Shown here: piece after piece, positions 8,403 through 14,809 of the stretch
Layout: every line of letters starts with the position of its first letter
Position numbering within the stretch: the first letter of the stretch is position 1
The notes under the pieces: generated by a model
Database searches by the model: none
Told to the model about the DNA's origin: nothing
Seen by the model: the letters and a program-made list of their open reading frames with translations, nothing else
Source of the DNA: Candidatus Kuenenia stuttgartensis
GTDB taxonomy: Bacteria > Planctomycetota > Planctomycetia > Isosphaerales > Isosphaeraceae
Length of the DNA: 24,000 nt
Direction of reading: 5' to 3'
Assembly: GCA_945865635.1 (NCBI GenBank)
Contig: CAMBEP010000032.1
Coordinates: 16,021 to 40,020 of the forward strand
Translations under genes and position numbers: made by a program

Positions 8403-9443
8403 TTAATCGGCAGAGCCGTCGCAGCAACTTGTTCCGGGTGGTTTGGCCGTGTCACAAGATGAGACAGGTGCAGGTGATACAGATGAACGTCGTGGTGTCA
8501 GGCCAAGTGTGGCCAGCATGGCTGTATCGCGATCGACTGAGGGGTTTGGGGTGGTCAGCAGCTTGTCGCCCGCAAATATGGAATTGGCTCCGGCCAGAAA
8601 GCATAGGGCCTGCTCGGATTCAGGCATCTCCAGACGCCCGGCCGAGAGCCGTACCATGGCCGTGGGCATGATGATCCGCGCTGTGGCAATCATCCGCAGC
8701 ATGGACCAGACACTGACCTTGGGCGAGCCTTCCAGCGGCGTTCCTTCAATAGCCACAAGTGCATTGACTGGTACACTTTCTGGAGGTTCTGGCAAGTTGG
8801 CGAGTGTATTCAGCAGATCAATCCGGTCTTCATCGGTTTCGCCGAGGCCGAGAATCCCGCCACAACAGACCGATATCCCGGCGTTTCGGACAGCATCGAG
8901 CGTCCTCAACCGGTCATCATAGGTTCGGGTCTGGATCACTTGATCATAATGTGCGGCCGAAGTGTCCAGATTGTGGTTGTAAGCATAGAGCCCCGCCTGC
9001 TTCATCGCTGAGGCCTGCTCCGGGGTGACCATGCCGAGTGTGCAGCAGACTTCAAGCCCTTCGGCATTGACAGTGCGGATCATCTCCAGAACCTGGTCAA
9101 ACTGGGGCCCGCCTCGCACCTGACGCCATGCGGCCCCCATGCAGAAACGGGTCGCCCCCGAGGCCTTTGCACGCTGGGCAGCAATCAGGACATCGCTCAC
9201 CTGCATCAGGCCCTGGGAATCCACATTGGTCTGATATCGGGCCGCCTGAGAGCAGTAGGCACAATCCTCCGGGCAACCACCCGTCTTGATCGAAAGCAGC
9301 ACACAGACCTGAACATCGGTTGGATCATGATGGGCGCGATGCACCCCATTGGCCCGACCAATCAGCTCCAGAAGCGGCATGTGGTAGATGCTGGCAATCT
9401 CGGCACGATCAATTCGGCTTTGGCTTTGAGTCAAAACATTCAT
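8403..9443 (-). CDS. bioB: Biotin synthase BioB (radical SAM)
   Basis: Carries LLSIKTGGCPEDCAYCSQ (CxxxCxxC radical-SAM motif) and the typical BioB core (FCMGAAWR, CCTLG, NHNLDT, CCGGILGLGE). The track start at 9494 is TTG, and the ATG at 9443 (MNVLTQSQ...) gives a normal N-terminus. The C-terminal tail contains three Cys (SSCDTAKPPGTSCCDGSAD). Confidence 0.92.
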   Translation of the reverse strand: MNVLTQSQSRIDRAEIASIYHMPLLELIGRANGVHRAHHDPTDVQVCVLLSIKTGGCPEDCAYCSQAARYQTNVDSQGLMQVSDVLIAAQRAKASGATRFCMGAAWRQVRGGPQFDQVLEMIRTVNAEGLEVCCTLGMVTPEQASAMKQAGLYAYNHNLDTSAAHYDQVIQTRTYDDRLRTLDAVRNAGISVCCGGILGLGETDEDRIDLLNTLANLPEPPESVPVNALVAIEGTPLEGSPKVSVWSMLRMIATARIIMPTAMVRLSAGRLEMPESEQALCFLAGANSIFAGDKLLTTPNPSVDRDTAMLATLGLTPRRSSVSPAPVSSCDTAKPPGTSCCDGSAD

Positions 9444-9516
9444 GACGTAAGGCAGTCTCGTTTTAGACGTTCCAGTGAGCGGGCGGTGTTGCAATCAGAA
9501 TCAGCCAGCCGGTCTC

Positions 9517-9687
9517 TCAACGACGGGAGGCTTTGCAGGCACCCCAAAGGGCACCAAATGTCAGGATTCCCCAGCCAGCATAGCCGTAAAATGGCTTGCC
9601 AGCGGCTTTTTCTTCAGTCTGCGCCTGGGCCACAGTCGGCAGGCCAAGCAGAACCACGGTCAGGCAGGTGCGGGCAATTCGGTTCAT
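9517..9687 (-). CDS. Unlisted 56-aa microprotein: signal peptide plus C-terminal hydrophobic anchor with a basic tail
   Basis: I hand-translated this ORF, which falls below the ORF-track size cut-off: MNRIARTCLTVVLLGLPTVAQAQTEEKAAGKPFYGYAGWGILTFGALWGACKASRR*. AGAGGA lies 5-10 nt upstream of the ATG. The ATG (9687-9685) overlaps the TGA (9686-9684) of the upstream gene as ATGA. Cleavage of the signal peptide after AQA is predicted by eye. Confidence 0.55.
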   Translation of the reverse strand: MNRIARTCLTVVLLGLPTVAQAQTEEKAAGKPFYGYAGWGILTFGALWGACKASRR

Positions 9688-10262
9688 CGGGGTCCTCTGA
9701 CTTTTCTTCTTGGCGATAATCCCGCCAATTTCGGTGCGGATGTTTCAGACATCGGAAGCCACTCATTGAGTGGCCGAACACGGGACCGGAACGCTTCACG
9801 GGCCATGGCTACCGCTTTCCAAGCCATCCCACGCGATCGCAAGTGAGCCACGTAATCATCCAGTGCCACCGCCCAGAATCGGTAGACCAAGCCCCGAAAC
9901 GGAAACCCGGTGTCCGAACTCTCAGGCAGCGGGTAATCCTGAGACTCTTCAGCATACACGAAAACCAGCGCCGCGACAAAGCCCGGTCCAAACATCTGTT
10001 GCCAACGCTCCAAGCCCGCAAGGTCGTCCGTCGTCACCCAGTTCTCCCACGGACGCTTTCCGGAAGCATCCTTGGCAAGCTTCCCCTTGACCTCAACAAC
10101 CAGGTTTTTACCCATCCGGGGGTAAACCAAAAAATCGGGATTCTTCAGGGAACCCTCATCACTGACAGGCCGTCGCCATTCGTCAACAGCAACACACGGA
10201 ACATTCAGGCTCCGAATGTTTGCTTCGAACGCCGCTTCATAAAGATTCCACCGTCTGGCCAT
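9684..10262 (-). CDS. HYExAFE-like protein, probable PD-(D/E)xK (restriction-endonuclease-like) fold
   Basis: The N-terminus NLYEAAFEANIR matches the family name motif (Y-E-x-A-F-E), recalled from memory of the NCBI family. DFLVY ... VVEVKGK is spaced like a D...E-x-K nuclease core. A strong GGAGGA sits 8 nt upstream of the ATG at 10262. Confidence 0.65.
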   Translation of the reverse strand: MARRWNLYEAAFEANIRSLNVPCVAVDEWRRPVSDEGSLKNPDFLVYPRMGKNLVVEVKGKLAKDASGKRPWENWVTTDDLAGLERWQQMFGPGFVAALVFVYAEESQDYPLPESSDTGFPFRGLVYRFWAVALDDYVAHLRSRGMAWKAVAMAREAFRSRVRPLNEWLPMSETSAPKLAGLSPRRKVRGPR

Positions 10263-10324
10263 CCCCGGTTTCCTCCAGCCCCTGAAAATCGTTCGATACA
10301 GCCAATCGTCTCTCGATGCGTCGC

Positions 10325-10828
10325 CTATTTTCGGCGCCGGGCTGCCCGGCGTGCCTCAAGAAATGTTTCGCCGAAACTCATGATCGATTCAGGGGTCTCA
10401 AACGACTGTTCAAAAACCCATGGAGTATCGTATTCGCAGTCGTCCGACTTATAGTCGCGGCATACCTGTGGACGTGTATCGTAAATCCCGCACCGGTTGT
10501 CAGGCAAGAGGTATTGGCAAAGTGTCCAGACAACCAGATTCCAGCGGGTCACCGATTTCCCGTTTTTTGTCTCGCTCTCTGTGAAAATCACCGTCTGGCC
10601 ATGCGCCAGATACCAGCGGAATTCATCGAAATCCGCCTTCGATCTGGGAGTTTTGATCGGAACTGTAAAATAGCGACAACACTTGCCCACACAGTGGTTG
10701 CAGGGCGAATCATCCGGCGTGATCTCATCGCGGTGCAACAAGCCGGCAGGCATGTGGTCGGGACGTAAAATTGGCAACGAGATATTCTTAAGCGATTCCA
10801 AAGTATCTACCGGATGATTTTTTGACAT
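10325..10828 (-). CDS. YkgJ-family cysteine-cluster (putative Zn/Fe-binding) protein
   Basis: CNHCVGKCCRYF (CxxCxxCC) plus the distal CQYLLPDNRCGIYDTRPQVCRDY, the hallmark arrangement of the YkgJ/UPF0153 family. Confidence 0.8.
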   Translation of the reverse strand: MSKNHPVDTLESLKNISLPILRPDHMPAGLLHRDEITPDDSPCNHCVGKCCRYFTVPIKTPRSKADFDEFRWYLAHGQTVIFTESETKNGKSVTRWNLVVWTLCQYLLPDNRCGIYDTRPQVCRDYKSDDCEYDTPWVFEQSFETPESIMSFGETFLEARRAARRRK

Positions 10829-11488
10829 CAGTATTCCAGACTTTTTTGGAAACGGCTCTTGAGGTTCCAGCCCCTCATGATGCGAAATAATTCAAATTTC
10901 ACCAAGTCCATTCTCGATTTCCCCAACGGTGAACTCGCCCACCGCCTCAAACAACCATCCGAAAACGAGCACTACTTTAGGAATCGCAACCCCGGATGTC
11001 TCTACTATCCATCCGACATGCGATGTTTGATTCCACCTCTCCCCCAAAAAAGAACGAATCCTTAGGATTCTTCCTCCTGACCCTGAATTCCGTTTCGCAA
11101 AACGCCAATTTCTTACACCTGCATAAAGACTTGTGTCATTCCAATGGTGTTCGCAAAATGCCTCGTCTCTGGACTATCGCCCCGTGCCACCACTCAACCT
11201 GCCCGTCACCACTAAAAACTCTCAAAACTGTTTCGCACTGTGCGCCTTTCTATTTATGTAGTAACAAGTTGTGGAATATTAAATCAGTCGCCATCTGGTA
11301 TACGCATGTATTCATTCTTTGTCGTTACAATCGATTTTATCTGCTTGATCGCCCAAGTCAGTGTTATGGCCTCAAGAACCTCACGGCAAGCCTGGCTCTG
11401 AAGAGATCGGTCTTGGGTTCAGAGGTTCGTAAAACCGGTTGTCGGTTGCACTGCCACCATGTTCGCAAAACTTATCAGGTAAAAGTAA

Positions 11489-11887
11489 TTATGGTGATCG
11501 TTGATCACTTGGGAACTGGTTCTGGGCGAATTCGCTGTATGTGTAGAAGAGTTCTTCGCCGGCGCTTTCGGCTCGGTTTGTGACCAGCCAGCCGCATGTG
11601 TCATCCAGATGGCGGTCGAGGTTGTAGCGATCATCGCTGTGATTGATCAGCCCTGCAAACCCCCTTGGAATCACTAGATAAGGCCCGACCCGAATTTTGT
11701 AAAGGTCAGCATAGGCGGTGCACTGGTCGGCGATCGATCCGGAGTGGATGGCCAGTCCTCGGATCATCAAGCGTTCGCCTGCTGCCAGCGGAATCTTCGC
11801 GAATAGGCCGAGACCAGCGCCCGGGATTGTGGAACGAGCGATTTGGAACCGCTCATCGATCTCATCAAATAAAACAGGTGGGGCCAT
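11489..11887 (-). CDS. Minimal SET-domain protein (putative protein-lysine N-methyltransferase)
   Basis: GAGLGLFA (SAM-binding GxG), GLINHSD (NHS motif) and GEELFYTYS (ELxxxY) appear in the right order within about 130 aa. The track start at 11911 is TTG and the first ATG is at 11887. Neither has a clear RBS, so the start is uncertain. Confidence 0.75.
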   Translation of the reverse strand: MAPPVLFDEIDERFQIARSTIPGAGLGLFAKIPLAAGERLMIRGLAIHSGSIADQCTAYADLYKIRVGPYLVIPRGFAGLINHSDDRYNLDRHLDDTCGWLVTNRAESAGEELFYTYSEFAQNQFPSDQRSP

Positions 11888-11952
11888 GTGTAAATTCGGC
11901 TCGTGTCTCAAAAAAGTGGGATGGGATCGCCTTAACTTTTGGCCGATGCGTG

Positions 11953-12453
11953 TTATATTTCGTAAAACTTATTCCAGTGGAGGCTTATGGCTTCCATGGC
12001 GATGATTTCATCGACAAATTCTGGCTGTTGGGCCATGAAGTTGAGAAACTTGCAAACGGTAGCAGATTGCGCTTCATCGAGCAGTCTGAATCGCTGCATG
12101 TCGTATTCAGATAAGACTTTGTCATCATCAGAAAGTTTCAGGCTGTAGATCGTAAAGTCGAGCATGATCGAATCGCTGTGCTGATAATTTCTCAAGGCCC
12201 AAATCATGTAGGCGGGCAGGTAGTATTTCCAGCTTTGGGGGTCGAGGTGGCAGAGGGCCGCCGTGCAATCTTCCAGAGCTTCGTCGGGGACTTGGTCCCA
12301 ACTCAATTCTTGGTCAAGGGATCGGGCTTTCTGCTGGGCTTCTTCGTTGGAGTCGCTGTCGATCACTTCTGCCTGGTGCAGAGTGAGTTCTCCTCTGGGG
12401 ACTCCGGCGAATGCCGATTCAATCGATTGAATGATTTCAACAGGTGCATCCAT
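11953..12453 (-). CDS. Hypothetical cytoplasmic protein (DUF6714-like; family name from memory only)
   Basis: The 226-aa track ORF runs into the upstream gene and across a strong hairpin. The ATG at 12453 (MDAPVEIIQSIESAFAGVPRGELTLHQAEVID...WKYYLPAYMIWAL...) gives a 166-aa acidic protein with coding-like composition. Confidence 0.6.
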   Translation of the reverse strand: MDAPVEIIQSIESAFAGVPRGELTLHQAEVIDSDSNEEAQQKARSLDQELSWDQVPDEALEDCTAALCHLDPQSWKYYLPAYMIWALRNYQHSDSIMLDFTIYSLKLSDDDKVLSEYDMQRFRLLDEAQSATVCKFLNFMAQQPEFVDEIIAMEAISLHWNKFYEI

Positions 12454-12497
12454 GGATTCAAAGCCTTTGGGTTTTGTTCTGGCCGAAACGATGAAAT

Positions 12498-12528
12498 CAG
12501 GGTTCGGGTGGGCCACACCCGAACCCTG
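12498..12528 (-). terminator. Perfect 13-bp hairpin, probable terminator/processing site after the PqaA-like gene
   Basis: CAGGGTTCGGGTG (12498-12510), loop GGCCA, CACCCGAACCCTG (12516-12528). It lies 32 nt downstream of the stop at 12560. On the minus strand it is followed by ATTTCATCGTTT, which is only moderately T-rich. On the plus strand a TTTTTT run follows after 8 nt. Confidence 0.55.
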
Positions 12529-12559
12529 AGAGGATCTTTTTTGGATTCGACCGGAGGAA

Positions 12560-13927
12560 TTATCTGGCCGCAGCCTTGATATTCGGGATCTGCTGGAGAG
12601 CAGGCGGGACTTCTGACCGGTCGGACTCCGCAATTTGGGTGGAATAGTGGCACATCAGGCCATCGACTTCATAGGTCAGGTCGATCATCAGCACTTCCAC
12701 ACCCGTTTTTGGCTTGGTGCGATTGATGACTTGCTTGCCGTCCTTCTCTTCAATGGTGACGTCAACTTGCTCCCATTTCGACTTCCGGATGTCGCGATTT
12801 TTGGATGTCGCGACCCAAGCCTTGATAGAAACTGGCTTTGGGTTTGCAGAAACGGCGATGCCGTAAGTGGTCGTATTCGGCTTTTCAAGCAGTTCCCACG
12901 AGATTTCAGGCAGTTTTCGGCCGGTCACAGCCAAGCGATACAATCCGGAAACCGTGTTCAGGGCCCATTCACGATTCTTATCAAGTCCGTGGCCGGCGTT
13001 GGGCAGATAGCAAATGGTTTTAGGGCCTTTGAGGTCGCCGAAATAGAGCCGTGAGGCATCCTGGGTCCAGTAGGGGTCGTTGGTGCCGTGGATCAAGACT
13101 TTAGGAATCTTGGCCAGGTTGCCTTCACGGTAGGTGAATGGGTCGACCATTTTCCAGAGAACTTCGCCATCGGCCGTCTTGGAGGCCTGCATGATTCCGC
13201 GTTCGACATAATCGTGAATCTGTTCGCTGTATTTGCCCCAGACCTTCAGTTGATTGTCGCCCTGGGCGCCCAGATTGAGGGTGTCGATGACCATCGGTGC
13301 GATGGCGATCACGCGCGGGTCGGCAGCACCTGAAAGCCAGGTGGTCCAACCCCGCTTGCTGGCACCTGAGACGACGAATTGCTTGATTTCCGCCTTGTTG
13401 TTCTTCTTGGCCCACTCGGTGGTGGCGTCCATGGCCCGAACGGCGGATTTGGCCATCGGGAACAGCAGAGGCCAGGAGACATCCTTGGTATTGAGATACT
13501 GGATGAAGGTTTCCACGATCAGGGCATCTTCCTTGCGGTCGCCCATCAGTGGCTGGTTTGGCACATGGTTCAAAATGGCCACACGGGCTCGGGCGGCTTT
13601 GGCGATTGACATGGCGACGAGGCGGTCGCCGTCGCGTGGAGTGTCGCCAACGGAACCTCCACCGATAAAGAGAATGGCGGTTTCTGGATGGTCGATCACG
13701 CCTTCAGCAGGCTCGACAATCTCCAGGCGGTGCTTCCAGACGATGCCCTGCCACTTCTGGGAGTGCATTTTAAGCGTATGGATTTTGACCCCAAAGACGC
13801 TGGTTTCTTTTTCTTGTTCCCACTCGAACGAGGTATCGGCTTGTTTGATGTGGGCGTGCAGGTCAGCATGAGCCGATGTGGCGGCCAGGCTGGTCAGAAG
13901 CAAGGCCCAAAGGGTATGTTTGATCAT
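12560..13927 (-). CDS. Secreted PhoPQ-activated pathogenicity-related (PqaA-type) alpha/beta-hydrolase family protein
   Basis: Signal peptide MIKHTLWALLLTSLAATSAHA. The family-typical block is VSGASKRGWTTWLSGAADPRVIAIAPMVID, plus LFIGGGS and a length of about 450 aa. Confidence 0.8.
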   Translation of the reverse strand: MIKHTLWALLLTSLAATSAHADLHAHIKQADTSFEWEQEKETSVFGVKIHTLKMHSQKWQGIVWKHRLEIVEPAEGVIDHPETAILFIGGGSVGDTPRDGDRLVAMSIAKAARARVAILNHVPNQPLMGDRKEDALIVETFIQYLNTKDVSWPLLFPMAKSAVRAMDATTEWAKKNNKAEIKQFVVSGASKRGWTTWLSGAADPRVIAIAPMVIDTLNLGAQGDNQLKVWGKYSEQIHDYVERGIMQASKTADGEVLWKMVDPFTYREGNLAKIPKVLIHGTNDPYWTQDASRLYFGDLKGPKTICYLPNAGHGLDKNREWALNTVSGLYRLAVTGRKLPEISWELLEKPNTTTYGIAVSANPKPVSIKAWVATSKNRDIRKSKWEQVDVTIEEKDGKQVINRTKPKTGVEVLMIDLTYEVDGLMCHYSTQIAESDRSEVPPALQQIPNIKAAAR

Positions 13928-14557
13928 CGGTTGCGGAACTCCAGATTTAAAGAGAGTGGAACGAGTTTCGCCTTCTTTAAGCCGGTCATTCGAAAAGGCG
14001 ATTGGAATGCTTACGGATTCTTATGGAGGAGGTGTGCTTTGAAGAGCAACTCTTATAGTGAACACGATTCGTAGATGGTTTGACTAGCCCCCTGTTTTGA
14101 TTCGTCTCAAAGAGTATTTTGGTTTACTTGCCCATACGGGTTGATCGGATGGTTTTGATCTGCCGGACTCGAAAGGTGTTAGGGAAGTCTAACAGCACAT
14201 CAGATAGCTCAATTTGGGATACGAGATCCTGGATTTTATACGTTCATATACTTTAGGCGATGACAATTGACTCATTGCCAAGGTTGAAAGCTTTTTAGGG
14301 TGCTTTGAAATTATGGGGAAATCGATGATGACATTGAAGTTCCAGACTCTCGAGGATGTGTCATTGCAGGCCGCGTTAAGTATAAACAAACAAAATTTTG
14401 GCTTGATCCGTGAATAAGCGTCTGGCAGTTCGGTTCAAAATGAGGAATCTTTAGGTAAATCAAAATTAAGACTTGCCTATTCATCAGCGGCGCAATAAAT
14501 TACCTTTTCTACCCATCTCACCCAGATTTTACGTCCATTGCTTCTGAAAGCGAGCCC

Positions 14558-14800
14558 ATGTTCAAGAGATTCTCGAAACTGAAGGTACAGGCCAGCAATT
14601 GCAAGTCAGTTGCAAGATATCGTAAAAATGATCATGTGCGTAAGCTGAGCTGGCTGATGCTTGAAGAGCGTCTCCAGATGGCGGCTTCAATCAACATTCC
14701 GATCAGCGATGGGCCACTGATTCAGGCCCCTGTGATTGAAAGTGTGAATGGTGTATTAAGTGCCAGCGTGGACATGGTTAGGGCGGGTCTTGCAGGTTAG
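14558..14800 (+). CDS. N-terminal fragment of the multicopper oxidase gene (leader region plus first beta-strand), ended by an in-frame TAG
   Basis: 80-aa ORF in the same frame as 14810..17317. It contains LMLEERLQMAAS, an LE(D/E)R-type motif I associate with N-termini of planctomycete exported proteins. It also contains PVIESVNGVLSASVDM, which resembles the first strand of MCO domain 1. Confidence 0.55.
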   Translation: MFKRFSKLKVQASNCKSVARYRKNDHVRKLSWLMLEERLQMAASINIPISDGPLIQAPVIESVNGVLSASVDMVRAGLAG

Positions 14801-14809
14801 GGCGAGTCG

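Noticed and set aside
8393-8455. N-terminal extensions proposed by the ORF track (KAS GTG 8455, bioB TTG 9494, 11953..12633 long form, 4910..5509 long form, 1959 TTG, 11911 TTG)
   Set aside because: The extensions use non-ATG codons or overlap upstream genes, hairpins or promoter hexamers. Downstream ATGs give family-typical N-termini. I kept them only as alternatives.
10829-10880. 16-aa upstream ORF (MRGWNLKSRFQKSLEY) whose TGA overlaps the ykgJ ATG
   Set aside because: It is very short and has no RBS. Such overlaps arise easily by chance in AT-rich leaders. It is not supportable without conservation or Ribo-seq data.
10996-11583. 195-aa plus-strand ORF spanning the AT-rich block and running into the 3' end of the SET gene
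   Set aside because: The translation is Cys/His/Leu-rich and looks random (..CHSNGVRKMPRLWTIAPCHHSTCPSP..). It has no RBS and no recognisable motif. It overlaps a well-supported gene on the other strand. Most likely it is an open frame produced by the G-poor composition.
14189-14389. 66-aa minus-strand ORF in the AT-rich divergent intergenic region
   Set aside because: It has AT-rich, low-complexity, Ile/Asn/Ser-rich translation ending in CC. It has no RBS and no motif, so I treat it as non-coding.
14798-14800. TAG in the MCO gene as a recoded (pyrrolysine-type) codon
   Set aside because: No pyl genes or any recoding element are visible in the window, and I know of no such decoding in this lineage. 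A nonsense mutation or a sequencing error is the simpler reading.
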